A stretch of 64,000 bases of DNA from Chrysomallon squamiferum (GCA_012295275.1 CM022665.1:30504001-30568000), one strand, 5' to 3'; numbered from the stretch's first letter, positions 1 to 14,700 are shown. Translations and numbers: made by a program. The notes: generated from the sequence alone by a model not told the origin.

Positions 1-325
1 TTTTTGTTTTCTTAATTAATAAATTATGTATTTTATGAAAAAGAAACACAAACTTTAACATAAATAAGACTGCAAATCTCAGTTCTTCAGTGACAAAATA
101 AACAGCTCATTAAAAAACTAAAACAAAATTGTATTAATAAAAGTACAGAATATTAAATATAAATTCGCTGCTTCAGTTAAATTATAAACAACATGCTAAT
201 TTTGGAACTTGTTTTCCTAGTAATACAGATAGATAAAAACTTTAAAAAAGGAACGAAAGTGGATAAAAGGAAAGGAATAAAATAAATTTTCAGGAAACAA
301 ACAAAATTTAATAAACTGAACTTAC

Positions 326-3300
326 CATTTACCATACCCATAAATTGGTCAGTGAAAGATAATGTGTTCTTATCTGAAGTACAGTAAATAAAAATACACC
401 TACTAAATCATACCCAGCTGTTGACAATCACTTATAGTCTCTTATTTAATCTTTAAAAATAAATAACTTCCAAGAAAAAAAAAAAAAAAAAAAATTCTGT
501 TGTTGGCTTTTTCCATATTAGAAGGAACTTATAATAATAATATGATATGATAAAATGTAGACTGGAATGGTCCATAACAACACTGTCACCTTACTCAGAA
601 GCTGAAATTCTGCTGTAACTAATCAGTAGAATAACTATTTTATTTATAGAATAAAATAATACATTTTCTACAGACTACTCTAGCAAACAAATTTAACATT
701 TTAACCCCCCCTACTTCAATAACAGACTGTAAACTCTAAGAGATACAACTAAAATATTTCTGAACAACTTAATATATTAATGGATTAACAGATTCAACAA
801 TATAAAAGAATATGTAAACTTTAACTATCTTTTATAATTGTTATTGTTTTTTTACCACATAGAAAATTAGTTTGCAAATATCAGTGACTGGAGTCTATCA
901 GTAAATATTAAAAAACAAAACAAAACAAAACAAAAAAAACGATATCCCAAATAACACAAAGCAACAGACACTCATGTGACAAAAATCAGGAAGTGGGAGA
1001 AAAAGAAAAAAAATCAGGTGAATGTGTCATTTAATAAATTTTGTATACAACAAGAAAAAAAAAAAATTAAAAATTAAAAAATTAAGAAAATAAAACGTAA
1101 TATTATACAAAGAAAAACTATTACCTGTTTGTGGTGTTTCGGTATCATCAGGAACCTCAGTATCATCACTGTTGACGTCAATGGCAACTTTATCATCACC
1201 TACATCTATTTCAGTGTCATCAACTAGTGCATTAGTAGATTGGTTATCTTGATTTTTGGATTCTCCTTGATTTTCTTCAAGTTTGTTTTTACTTTCTTGT
1301 TTTGAATCAGCTGATTCTAACACTTCAGTATCATCAGGTATTTCAGTTTCATCCTCTAGTTTCTAGCAATTATCATTATTATCATTTCATTATGCAAAAA
1401 ATAATAAAAGAATATGACATAAAGAGCATAATAGTTTTATAGATAATTTTGTTAAAATTTACAGATGAAACAATCCAGAATTAAAACAAAAACTAAAATA
1501 AAATAAGAAGAATAAAATTCCATTATTTAACCTTAAACAACTTTATTCATAATGTATTAAACGAACACTGTTCATGAAATCTAAATCACTACTTTGAATT
1601 TTCTTCAAAGTTTTTAACAAGACATTTTAAGATTTGTAATTTATTATGACTAATATAATATCCAAATGTCAATGTTTTCTTTTAACATTAAGCAAATAAT
1701 TGTCCAACTTTTTCTTAAATGTTTTCATATGCTTACCAGTTGTTCTTTGTTCTGGATATTTTCAGTATCTTTTTCATTTTTACTTTCTGAAAAATATTTT
1801 AAAATTTATGTCTTCATATGTTGTCATTTTAGCTAACAAATGGATTTTTGGTTTTTTTTGCTATTCAACAAAAGCTTTATATAAAAATCATTTGCAGATT
1901 ATGTCCACAAAAAATTTTGAATTACTAAAATCAACAGAAATAATTATATATAAACTCAAAAAGTTTAAGAATTAAAGAATTAAAAATGAACTCCTCAAAC
2001 ACTGCCTATTAGTATTATAATGAAAAGTACAGGATGCATCTGCATAATACAAATGCACATCAAGTTTTTTTTCCTACAATGAATTTGAAAAAATATGTTT
2101 GTTTTGAAATCTGCACTGAGGTAGAAAATTAGTTTTCAAAAATTTTACAAAAAAATAAAAGATTTTAAAATATTTTTATTCTTTAAATTATCCTGATATT
2201 CAGATTATTACAAACTGTATGTTGAATGAAAAGGCAAACAGTAAGTTCATATAAACTGTAACTGCTAATCGATATGAAATTAATTAATAAATGTACTGAA
2301 AATTCCTGTGGAATTACCAAGAGGCTTGGGAACTGAATTAGTATCAGAGATTTCAGTTTCATCAACATAAGTCTCTTCCTTCTGCTCCCTGAGATTGTCC
2401 TCCATTTTAGCAATCTTTGAGGCAATGTCATCTTTCTGAAAGAAAAAAACAACAAAAAATACAAAACGAATACCATAATTTTATAACTGCTATGTGTTCT
2501 AGTAAAGGATATATTTACATGATCAAATATATTTATAACAGACTTGTTTCTATCAGCATCATAATGTAAGTAATAATATATTTGCAACTAATTTTATAAT
2601 TATTTGTAATGAAATTAGTATTAAAAATTTACATTACTCAAATACATTATAAATGATCAATTTTAAGATTTTATGTTGATTACAAAAACAATTGTAGCTT
2701 GTGAATGGCAAATCTTATATCTTATTATTATTATTCCACATTTAAAAAAATATATATATATAACCAATGCTATTAACATTTATATCAAAAAAGATATGAT
2801 GAATAACATTTCTCTTTATATTAATTAAAAAACGCCAAATAATTGGAGCTGATGTTCAGTAAGAATGGTTCTGGCATTTAGAAAAAGCATTTTTAACTCC
2901 TGTATTTTGTTTGCTTTTATTTTAAAATTATTTAAAATTTACCTGTGTTTTAACAATAAATTCTGGGTTGTCATCATCTACTTCATATTCTCGGACATAA
3001 ACTTTAGGAAAATAACCTGATTTTCCATCTTCAGTCTGGTTTTGTTTTTTTCAAAAATAAAAAATATATAATCAAATTAAGTTTAAAAAGAATTAAAATA
3101 ATGCACAATCTTAAAAAAACAACATCTATCAATTTGTTTCTGTAATGAAATACTAATTAACTTTTCAAAGCAAAATAAAAAATATCAAATCTTCACTTGT
3201 TTTTCTGGTTTATCTACAATCACTTACCTCACCTCCCCAAAGGTCAAGTCTTGTACCAGCCTCCTTACTCTTTATTATAATTTTTTCACCAGTATTAAAT

Positions 3301-4263
3301 GACAAAAAGATAGGATCATTTTTTGAATGTTTTGCAATAGCATAAGCATACGAAATGGTATCTGAAAAGATAAAATACATGAAAAAATATATTTATTATA
3401 AAAACAAATATATACTGTATGATATAAAATTAATGCATGTGCAACCTAATGCAGTGTTACAACATGGCTTGAAATGTATGTACAGGTGGAGAATCCCTTA
3501 CCTGAATTCCTGAAATATAAATTATTTCACAGCAGCAGAAACAGTCACTATTTAATATTTTATGTACAAAATTATTAAAAATACATTAAAAAATCCTGAA
3601 CAATTTGTATACATTATATATGAACTGTAAATGGAATCTGTATTGAAAATTAGATCTTATTCTCCTTATGTTCCAAAATCCAAAACATTTCTGACACCAA
3701 GAATTTTAGACAAAGGATTCTTAATCTGCATTAATTAATGTGATAAAAGTAAGGTAGCTTCTTTTTTTCAACTAGTGTAATACTCATGGTGACCAGTCTC
3801 TAAGTTAACAGTGGTACAGCTGTGAGTGAAGAAATTTTCAGTTTCAGGAAAAAATTCTATTCCCTCTAGTATCCTAGTATGACAAATTATATAATATGAC
3901 CCTATGATGTAATAAAATGTTTTGTTTTTGCCAATCACTGGCATGATAAAGACAGCATGCTTGCTTATACTTGGTACCAAGCACTAAGCATGTGCACTGT
4001 AGATTATTCAAGACCAAGAGTACCTCCCCCAGAATAGATCTATGTTTTGCCTTTTGTGTAACTGAATTTATTAAGTACCTCTCTAGTGCAGTCACTGGTA
4101 TAATAAGTCAGTTAAAACTCTTGTTCATAGATTTAAGCATTTTTTTTTTTTTTTTTATTTAACAAGCATCAGGCGCACATATGCAATGATGGAAATGGGT
4201 TTTAGGAACAAACAGTCTGCTAGGGTCCATGAGTATAATCCTACAAAAATCAGGAAGTGGAAG

Positions 4264-4298
<35 letters not shown>

Positions 4299-7200
4299 AT
4301 CCTGTGAAAAGTGCCTTAGAATAAATTTATAGTTTACTCATATATGAGAATGATAATAGTGTATATTACCACTTTGCATATTTTGTTATCTATATAAGAA
4401 GAAAATAAATTAATTAATTTTAACTCTAAAGAAACTTGACAGAGATTAGCTAACAAGTGTGCATTGACTACATACTAGAAACTGGACATAAACTGAAAAT
4501 TAAAAAGAAAGGGAATGCCATCCCTCTGCATAAGCACAGGACAGAAATGTAATCATTGCATTACAGAGTATATTTATATATATATAAAGTTCACTGACTG
4601 ATGTTTGTTTTGCTTACAAATGAGTGTATTATGTCAAACATGCTATTTGCTATTTAAAATGGCTTTGTTTGGCTTGATGTTGCCAGGACATTCTGGAATA
4701 GGGAAGACAAAGTCACCCTGCTGAAGAATCAGTTAATTTCCTTTAAAATTTGCTAAGGAATCTATAATTTTCATTTAACCCACACTGCAGGAACAGCCAC
4801 AACACCTCAGATGGGAAATAACTTGGTGTCAAGTAAAGCGGTAAATTTATTTTTTGATTGTTTCTTTATAAAAGAATTCAATTCAAATAACATGTCAATG
4901 TATGCAGGTAAAATATAATGTTTTGTCTACTACAGAGATGATACAATTGTGTAACGAAGGTCAATAACATGCTGAGTAATCACTCCAGTTAGTGTAACGA
5001 TTACATATATAACAATTGATGAACAGATTTTCAAAAACTAAAAATCTGGTTTTAGTTGTATTTACCAAACTGCATTATTTTGCAGTTTGTAAGGTTTTTA
5101 TCAAACCTATATATATATGTGGTATTAAAAATGGTACAAATTTGTAAGTGATAATGTCTCTGACAAATTCATAGTGACAATGAGTTGTCGTTTGCTAAGT
5201 TAATGTTTTCTAAAACATTATCTCAAAATGTTCAGCAAGACAAGTCTGGGAAATAGCATTGCTTGGTCTGTAGAAATGCAAAGAGATAAGGACTATGCTA
5301 GTGGGCATCATATGCCTGTATCATGCTAGTTTATTTACTTTCAGACATTCGTAAATATAATAAAAATATTTAACATTTGAGAATTGCAATCTGTCTACAC
5401 ACTCAAACTGACTCTACATGTAAAAAGGGAATAGATCTTAGTATGATATTGCTGAATGCATGCTGTGTGTATATAGTTATAAATCCTTGTAATGCTGCAG
5501 TCAGAACTTTGTGTCTGCTGTTTTGAACATTTAACATTTTTTCTAATGAAGCACATAAAGTGGAAATACTTGAACAGCAAATTCCACAATCAACAGGCAA
5601 ATTGTTGGAATGCACAGAAAATCAATGCCGCCTTCTTGAATTGTGTGCTAAATACAGATACCTTTGTTTGTCATAATCACATGACCCTGTCTCTAAAATA
5701 TTACATGCTGATGGCAATTTACAGGTCAGAGTTTATCTTGTGCTTGGAGTGTTAAATGTGTGTCTTTTGTGCATTTCATTGGGTTGATTATGCAATACTG
5801 TCAGAACACAAGTAACACCTGTTATTTATGAGTTGTAACAGGATGCTGATTACATGTGTACATTTGTGGATATTAATATTAATGAATTTATTATGGTATT
5901 ATCATTTATAATCTCTATTTTTCAGCACAGTGCCACCTGATCCTGATCACTAAATCAACATTAGAAAAAGAAAAACTGATGCAAAAGTTAATCACTTGAG
6001 CAAATGCGAACTACCAAATGATGAATTTAAGCATATTGTCAATCTCTTGGAAATGTTAGGCATGGACTTGGTTTAAAATAGTAACTTTTAGTACATATCA
6101 AACAATAGTGAATATGATTTTCAATCTGTGATCACTAGTGTCATTCTGAAACAAAGTTCTGAAATTTACTCACTAATGATTAATAAAAGCATTGACAATG
6201 CGAACAACAATTGTTGCTAATCTATGAAAAATATTTCATGAGTGCTTATCTGGACAGCTGTCTGATTTCAAATGCAGAAATTATTGAAGGGACTGCCAAT
6301 GCAGAAACAACAGTGAATAAAGTCATGTCACAAGCTGAAGAAAGGAGACTGAAAATCAGTATGAATCATAATAGTTCTTCTTTTTTTTCATAATAAATTT
6401 TAAGTAACTGAGATATGTAGATAAAAGCAGGATAGTGTTAGGTTACTGCTGTGCCTTTGATAAAACGAATGGAATAATTAGTAATTTCTGACATTATTAA
6501 AATAAATACTGAAGAAAAGTTAACTCCACAAATGGGCAACATTTGCTGATTCACATTCTTGTGCCATATACAAAAAACTGATAATAATTATATCTAAATA
6601 GGTCAAAACAGTTAAAGTAATATTTCATTTCTTCTAAGCCTCTAAAAACAAATATATATATATATTAATGTTGATTTGCATCCATTTCCAGTAAGAAAAC
6701 TACTCCCAAAATTACAGCTTCTTAGTTGAAACAAACCCCTGCATGCAGCACCATTCACTGGCCATTGTTGGTGTCCACTGCTGCATAAAAACTTATCAAA
6801 TGATGCTGCAAAGCTTCAGATAAGCAACGTATTTAAATATTGAAAGTTATATTTGTTGCAACAAGTTGAGATGATCACAAGGTCCTGAAGAGTCATGTAG
6901 CTATGAAGAAGGTTGTTTTGTTCTTGAAATCACCACTCCTGTTTTATAATATATGTGCTGTGTTATTATATATTACGATCATTCATGTTAGTCTTTTGAC
7001 ATCTTTACAGGCACGCCTTCCTGTGCAAAAATAGAAAATAAAAATATAATATTGTTCAACCATTTAACACCCACCTTGTATTTTTCTTAAGTAAAACTTG
7101 TACATTGGATATATTCTATGTTTTCATGATAGCAATGAATCAAGTTTTGGTGCCAGAAAAACTGCCAAATTAATCACCCTTTTCTCAATGACAACTATTT

Positions 7201-7919
7201 TGATGTATTTTTGCATTACTACAAGTACACAATATGCAGCATAATTCATTTCCTGACTGAATGCAACTAACAAAACTGGAAATTTGCATTGTTGTGAAGA
7301 ATTGAACACTTTTCTGTGAATTGGTGTGACTTCTCCCTATTTTGGCTGGAGGGAGAAGTGACTACTCCCTAAAATTTGGACCAGAAATGAACTATTTATT
7401 TATTGTTTATAGTTTTTGTATTTTATGCATGTAAGTATTATTATGCAGGTCTGAATAAGTGATATTTAATAAGTAAAATGCTCTTGATTCTTGGGGGAGG
7501 GGGTCAGGAATTGCTTAAACCAGTTTATATAAAATGTATCATTTTAGTTGGTGACCTGAAAAACATTTATAACATGTATTGTGTTCAAGTTTAATTTTTA
7601 TAGTCCTAAAACTGTAATATTCACACTATTTTAATATTAATAACCAATGTATGTGGGTATTAGAATGCAGATGAAGTCTGTTTATCTGGGGGTGATTGTT
7701 TTATATCTGATGCATCGACTGATGCTAGTGATCTGATGTAGGATTACTAATCATGTCAGTGACAGTTACACTCACAGTGTTCCCTCTGGTCTTACCAGCT
7801 TTTGTTCATAACCACTGTTTTGGACGTATCAAATGGTTTAAATTATTTTCACTTCACTTTGCCTAGTAGGAAATAAAATTTACGGAAACCATAACCAAAA
7901 AACCAAAACAAACAAATAA

Positions 7920-7973
<54 letters not shown>

Positions 7974-8414
7974 GTAATTAAAAAATAAAATAAATTTCGA
8001 GTTTCAGTTTGTCTGAATCTGATACTAATGAGAACGGACTGTAACAACATATTGATATATTTTGTACATTTAGCATCAAAATAAATATAAAAATTCCCTT
8101 TTAACTGCATTGAAGCACAGACACTAATGCCGGTTCTAAACCGGTTGAAATAAGATTGTAACTTATTCAGTCATTGACAAACGGCGAAACGCATATCAAT
8201 TATCATCATAATCATGAATGTGATGAATGTCACATTCATTAAACTAAAGAATTATCACTGCATACAACTGCTAAAACAATTGCTTTCAATTACCTTCACA
8301 GTCTTCGTCTGAACATCTTCTTAAATCAGATATTTGTGAACAAGAAATAATTAAAAAGACAATCAATAACAAAAATACGGTGGTAAGAAATGATTGCCCC
8401 ATAAAGGCTGCCAT
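326..8414 (-). CDS. MIA3: TANGO1/MIA3 (transport and Golgi organization 1), 5' portion; continues past the left edge
   Basis: Phase-consistent GT-AG exons 8414-8294, 3361-3228, 3035-2943, 2435-2318, 1786-1737, 1362-1125 and probably 373-326. They encode MAAFMGQSFLTTVFLLLIVFLIISCSQ (signal peptide) ISDLRRCSDEDCEDTISYAYAIAKHSKNDPIFLSFNTGEKIIIKSKEAGTRLDLWGGETEDGKSGYFPKVYVREY, a MIA/otoraplin-type SH3 domain (CxDxxC, LWxGE, GYFP). A long acidic low-complexity region follows, as in the TANGO1 luminal domain. Confidence 0.88.
3482..3730. mobile_element. Tigger/pogo-type MITE remnant in TANGO1 intron 1
   Basis: Begins (t)acaggtggagaatccctta and ends aaaggattcttaatctgca. These are imperfect terminal inverted repeats resembling the CAGGTTGAGxATCCCTTA ends of Tigger-derived MITEs, about 250 bp apart, with no ORF. 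Confidence 0.5.
5250..6620 (+). pseudogene. Probable highly degraded hAT-family (ZMYM1-like) transposase fossil in TANGO1 intron 1
   Basis: The sequence is more complex and less AT-rich than the surrounding introns. Fragmentary frames give ...FFLMKHIKWKYL...QANCWNAQ..., ...SAYLDSCLISNAEIIE..., reminiscent of the hAT 'RW' and 'TRW' regions. It has many stops and frameshifts. Recognition is by eye only. Confidence 0.35.
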
Positions 8415-8429
8415 GTTAGTACTCCGCGG

Positions 8430-8600
8430 TCAGTACACGTCATCGTTTGATTAATAAATAATTAAAAGTTATGTTGGTTTTATTTTTTATTACACTGATA
8501 GAGTGTCTGTATAATAAAAATTAAATAATAAATGAATACATTTGAATTTATTATTAAATATAAAGTCAGGCCCGCATCTTACAATTCCGGAAGAAAACGA
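8430..8600 (-). promoter_or_regulatory. TANGO1 proximal promoter: CpG-retaining region with a CRE/CREB3-like site and an ETS-like site
   Basis: TGACGTG on the minus strand at 8436-8442, about 22 bp upstream of the ATG, and TTCCGGAAG near 8585. CpGs are common here but scarce in the gene body. Confidence 0.45.
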
Positions 8601-8657
8601 ATCCGAAACTTACCGAATATTTCCGAGAGAACTACGTACAGATTGTATGTTTACGTG

Positions 8658-8661
<4 letters not shown>

Positions 8662-8712
<51 letters not shown>
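8662..8712. repeat. (TG)n microsatellite
   Basis: Perfect dinucleotide run. Confidence 0.95.
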
Positions 8713-8714
<2 letters not shown>

Positions 8715-9065
8715 ATGAATGCATGACAAAGAGAAAGAAAGGCAGAACAAAAAAATCAATAATAATAATAGCATAGAAAGGAAGATAGATAGTCAGACAG
8801 TCAGACTGATAGATGGATAGATAGGCAGACTAATAGATAATCAAAATAAGCAAATAAAAAACAAGAAAAATCCATTGTATGACACTTGCAACTATATATT
8901 TTGTTTTGTTTTTATTTTTGTTGAATGGATATATTGGCTGTAATATAAAATTACATGAATCCATTTCTCCCTCATTTTCTAATATATCTCATTTTTAAAT
9001 ATTAAAGTGGCTGGTCTTAATTTGGGAATAATTTAACTAATAAGAAAATAATGATATTTTCTTTG

Positions 9066-9082
9066 TTCTTCTTCTTCTTCTT

Positions 9083-9113
<31 letters not shown>

Positions 9114-9133
9114 TTATTATTATTATTATTATT
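9066..9133. repeat. Compound (TTC)n-(TTA)n microsatellite
   Basis: Seen directly in the sequence. Confidence 0.9.
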
Positions 9134-9310
9134 TTTTTTTTTTTTTCAAGGAAGAGTTATATACATCCGTACTTTTATATATAACTACATTATCGTCTGG
9201 CATGAAATATGGTTTTATTTTACACTGTGGCTGGGTAATTTGTCATTTTGTACGACTAGGTCGCAAAGAAGAAAAGCTGATGTTTTTATATTGTACAATA
9301 ATTGTTGTAT

Positions 9311-9400
9311 ATAGCTCATTGGTAGAGTACTGTATGAAATGTGGTAGATTAGTATTTTTGTATGTGGGAAAGTGTATATAAACTACCACTGTTTTTCGGC
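9311..9400 (+). mobile_element. Truncated tRNA-derived SINE remnant
   Basis: A-box-like tagctcattggtagag, followed by tgtgggaaagtgtatataaa, which resembles the Nin-domain core tgtgggatggtgcatataaa. No tRNA cloverleaf forms. Confidence 0.35.
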
Positions 9401-10144
9401 CTGTAAGCTATATACACAAATCACTTTGTTTTGTTTGCGTGGAATTATATAAAATAGTGATGCGTACAGTAACGAACAGAAAATCATAACAATAAAATAA
9501 ATAAATAAATTTATGAATGTTTGAAAGATTCGAAGCGAAACAGGTAAACCAGAAAAATGAATAAATAACATCTGGATCAGACGGACAGATTTATAGATAG
9601 TATGTATACTTCTCTGTACATTCTCTGCATGTGTTTATTTGGTCATTTTCTTTAACCATACGCATTTATTAATGTACATATGATATGGGCTAAACTAACT
9701 GTCTATTTTATGTTTTGCCAGAATATATTATATTCCAAATGTGTTGGGAACTCTGACCTTGGTGATATTATACCGGTGCCATAAAACAATGACCGCCATT
9801 TTTGTCACTGAGCTGTCCTAATACGTCATTAAATGTGTCATATAAAGATATACCAGTGTATAGGTGACGACCCCTGAATATACAGTTACCTCCTTATTTA
9901 TATTAAATTTTGCTTGAATAATATTAATAAGAATAAGAATTAAAAATAAAATAAAAAATAAAAAGAAGAAGTAGAAGAAGAAGAAAAGAAAGAATGAAAA
10001 AGAAACAGAAAAAAAAGAAGATGTTATTTCGTAACAACTTTTGTATCAAAGAATGCTATATATAACGAAGTAAATATTTTAAATTTCCATTATTATTGGA
10101 AATTCAAACTATTTCTTTCCTTATTATTAATAATGACGAAAATA

Positions 10145-10890
10145 ATGATGAAATCAAAATTAAAATAAAATAGCGCAGTATACTCATATAGACAAATGGA
10201 TATCATGTTCAAAAAACAAAACAAAAAATAATTCGACGTATTGTGCATTTAAAATGAAATAAAAATAAACGTTACAAATAATGATGATGATATTCGAGAA
10301 AAATCTCTATGTTTAAACAAATTTTGTTTCATATTATCATTATTTCTTTCTTTATTTCATATTTAACGTATATCTGAAAACGTGCTTTATTTCTTGTTAA
10401 TCTTTCTAAAATGAAAAGCTTTGATTACAGTATCGCAATATCGGAATGTTTTCTAGGCAAAAACATATTTGCATTAAGAGACGGATTCAAAATTTAAAAA
10501 AAGAAAAAGAAAAGAAAAAAAGGTTTATGTTATTTCCTACATTAGTTTTATTAATTACGTGTCTGTGTGTGTGTATGCGTTAAAATAAAAAAAAATAAAA
10601 AAAAATAACAACCAAATGAAATGAAAATTAAAATAAAATAACACAGTATATTCATATTGACAACTGGATATCATGTTAAAAAAACAACAACAATTCAACG
10701 TGTTGTGGATTTAAAATGAAATAAAAATGAATATTACAAATGCTGTATTTGTTCGTTTGATCCTCTTTCTCCACGCATACTCACGCATACACACACTCGC
10801 ACACATGATTCAAATAATATCTTTTATCTATGGTATCTCTTGTTCAAAACTCGACATATTATTGTGAATTTAAACCGAAATAAATATAAA
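10145..10890. repeat. Dispersed direct repeat, 2-3 diverged copies of about 130 bp
   Basis: aaaattaaaataaaata..cagtata.tcata..gacaa.tggatatcatgtt...aattc.acgt.ttgtg.atttaaaatgaaataaaaat occurs at about 10150-10280 and 10620-10740, with a partial copy at 10830-10890. Confidence 0.75.
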
Positions 10891-11114
10891 TAGCATCTTG
10901 GGACGGAACTGTTTACTTGGATAAATTACTTACATATATATATATATTGTTCAAAGTTATTTCTTTAGTGTTTAATTGCTGGTTTAGATCGTAAAAGACC
11001 ATTTTTAAAACTGTTTTTCTTAAAAAACATAACAGCTCAATTGTTTTTAATTTAAGAATTACTTTTGTTTTTATGTATAGTTTTTGTTGGCGAAAAACGA
11101 AATCGCTTCGCTTG

Positions 11115-11330
11115 AATCTATTACTCTCGAGAGTGGCGAGTTGAGAAGTAAAACAGTTAATTTTATTTAGTTTTTGTATTATTTCAGGATAAAATAAATA
11201 ACTGGTTACTGTCTTAAGATAGCAGTTTTCTCCTGCTCAGGCCGAATGGCGAATGCAGCTCGGCAGAGCCTCGCTGCAAATCTACATTTTAACAGATGAA
11301 GTTGAAATCTTAAGACAGTAACCTATTACT
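11115..11330. mobile_element. MITE-like element with an internal 17-bp inverted repeat; a related copy lies at about 12465-12570
   Basis: ggttactgtcttaagat (11204-11220) is the exact reverse complement of atcttaagacagtaacc (11309-11325). Positions 11116-11212 align with 12464-12567. Confidence 0.55.
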
Positions 11331-11338
11331 CCATATAC

Positions 11339-11391
<53 letters not shown>

Positions 11392-11706
11392 GATTTATTT
11401 TCTATCTTTCTGTATATGGACATAATATATATTTCTATACATATCATTATCAGTGTATGTACGTGTTTTAGCGCACGTCTCTGCCTGTCTGTACATAGAC
11501 ATTTGTAATTATCTGTGCTCTAATAGTATCATTGTTTATGTGGAAACGTATATGCTAATGAAAATAATAAGTCATCTTTAGCTCCTCCTCTTAACACTGT
11601 ACAGTCAGAGAACAGTGACCCAAGTAATGAAGAAAATGAGGCCATGGTCAGAGTACATTTGCTAGCTGCAAAACAACGTGTTACTGTTCCGTGAAACATA
11701 TTGATC

Positions 11707-14700
11707 ATGGCTGCGATAGTTTACAACACTGACAAATGGATCGCCGAAAACCAGCAGTTTTTCTCACCTCCAGTATGCAACAAAATGATGTAAGTTTAGT
11801 TGTTAAATGATTTTATTTAGTACATTTCATTTAATTTATAAAAAGACTGTAAACACGTAACTACTGTCGTTCTGTATAACATGCAAACCATTGGACACGC
11901 ACCCCCACCTGCGTTAATTTAATAAACAGAAACATTCGGGTTTTGATTGGTCGATAATTTTAGTGTATCAAAGGAATTGGGAGTGCGTTCGAATAATACT
12001 ATAATGTTTTGATGGAACGTCTTACCAATAATTTTTAAAGGAATAGTCTATTATTAAAATAACGACGACAACATGAACAATAATGAAACAACAAAATGAT
12101 TTTATTTATTTACAAATATAATATTTCTTAATTTAAAAAAATAAATAAAATAAAATAAAATAAAATAAAGAAAGAAAGAAAGAAAAAAGTAATAATAATA
12201 ATAATTATCTGAAATATACACATCTGAACATAATTATGAACATCAGAAAAGAATGCTTCAATGCGACATTAAAATATCCATCCTATATATAGGCCTATAA
12301 CCTGCAATCATTTAACGTATTGCAAGAAATGATAACTAGATACATTTCTAGGCAATGACCAAAACATTTAGCTTTGTGGAAAAGAACTATTATTACTTAA
12401 TATAATTATTTGTTATATAAGAATTATTTAACTTTGATGTCAAGTTCTTGTAAGTGACAATAAAATCTACTACTGAGAGCTGTGAGTTGAGAAATGAAAC
12501 AGTTAATTTCATGTAGTTTTTTAAATTATTTAGTATTGCAGGATAAAAGAAATATTTGATTACTGCATAGGTTTGAATGCATTCTAACCTTCACAGGATA
12601 AAGCCAGGCAAAAACTTCATACACTTCTATTTTTTAAAATCTGTTTAACATATCCCAAGATTGAACTTGGCAGACTACATAGATATGCCTCTTTTCATTA
12701 TATAAATGATGGATTAATGTGCTGTAAAATTATAATGAGTTTTTAAATTATTAAAGTTAAAATAAACTTACCTGAACAATTTTTATTTAAATTTTTATTT
12801 TTTATAATTATCATTTTTTGACCAGTCTTTGCTAATAATAAAGGTTAGCAATAAAACAGCTATATGTTTTAAACAATTTTTTAATTATTAGTATTGTTGT
12901 TTAACATAATTTTGTACATTAATATATAAAATTAAATTTTGATAGACTAAGTAAATAATTGTATAATTGTGTTTTTCACATTTTATATGGGAAGATGTTA
13001 GCTTAAGTGCATCCTAAAAGTTTGTGTTTATTGCTCTGTTGGTTTTGTATTGGTGAAAGAATCTTGTTCAGAAACAAGTAAAACAGCCAACTGGAAACTA
13101 TAAAATGTATTTGTTTAACTAATCATACACATTATAAAAATAAAAAAAACTTCATGCTGTATTTTCCAGGCACAATGAAGGTCAAATGAAGGTGTTTTAT
13201 GTCGGTGGACCAAACCAGAGAAAAGACTATCATATTGAAGAAGGCGAGGAGGTGAATATCTAAAGAATAATATTTGTTTATTAAACATTGCTCATATTTT
13301 ATATAGGGGAATAACAAACACACACACTTGACCCTGCATTTAACAGACTCCTATTTGCTAGATTTTGGAAAATCTGGACAAAGTCAAGGACATATACAAA
13401 TATTATCAGATCTACCAAAATCTGGACCAGTTATGGAATTAGTGAAACATCCGAAAGCACACCAGTCTATTTGTTGCACAGCCATGATTGCATTCATGCT
13501 GTGCATACTTTCAGAATTTGTTTTATCATAAAATTCTCTAGATATGTAACATTATTTTAATTTTTTGTGCAGTGACAGTGGCAGAACAAGCTCTGTCCAT
13601 TAGATTAATTTAGTAAAATGTGAAATTAATGCTAGTATAAAATAATGCACCTTACAGCACTGCAAATGTGTGTATTAATTAATACAACAATCTTAATACT
13701 TTGTTTTCTTCTTCTGCTTCCCCAACTAGTGTAATACTCATATTGATCAGTCTAAAGTGTTTAGTTACAAAAATAACACTATTCTCAGTACCCTTAACAA
13801 TTAAGCTGATTGGATTACAGTTATTCATAGGAATCTTGTGTTAACTGACTACTTATTCACTGCCACTTTTAACATTGCAAAATAAATGACAGAAACTGGA
13901 AGAACAAGAAGGAAAATCTCTGACCTCAGACTCTGTTGATAGTTTATTAGAACTGGCAGGATTTTCAATAATTATCCACTGAGATAGATAAATATTAAAT
14001 AAATAAATAAATTAATTAATTAATAAATTACATTAAAAACAAATTAAAAAACCCTTACACATGTAAATAGTTTAATGAATTTAGTTTTTCTTGCTTAAAA
14101 TAAATCATATTTTATATTAGATATTTTGTCAGAATATTTCATTTTCTGTTTCATATTTTTACTAAACCTTTTTTTATTACATTTCAGTTATTCTACATGC
14201 TGAAAGGTGATATGTGTCTTAAAATTGTAGAAAAAGGAATCCACATTGATGTGCCAATCAAGGAAGGGGAGGTAGAACAAAAAAACTTAAAAAAAACAAC
14301 TTATTAATTAAATAAATATTTAGATATCATAAAATGATTTTTTTTCAAACTCATTGGTAAACAACAAATGTGTAAATTTTTTATATTCCCCTCCCCACTG
14401 TCCTGGAATATCCACTGATATTATTTTAGATGCCTTTAAAAAGCACAAAAGGATAGCTCTCGTATTTGTTTGTGCATGCGTGTGTGCTTGTGTGTGTTTT
14501 GTACATTTTTTAAATTTGAAATGTCCTTATACTTTTCTATTTAATCCATCACAGTCTTACACTTTGTACAGTTACATAAGAATATTAAAAAGAGAACAAA
14601 ACAGGTCAACTTTTTTATCGATTATCAATTTCAAAATTGATGGTTCGGCCATATACAGATAGAGATATAGTTATGATGTCAGTTTTATCACATACTTGTT

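Noticed and set aside
9311-9390. tRNA gene
   Set aside because: Only an A-box-like stretch is present, with no B-box, T-arm or acceptor stem. It fits a SINE remnant better.
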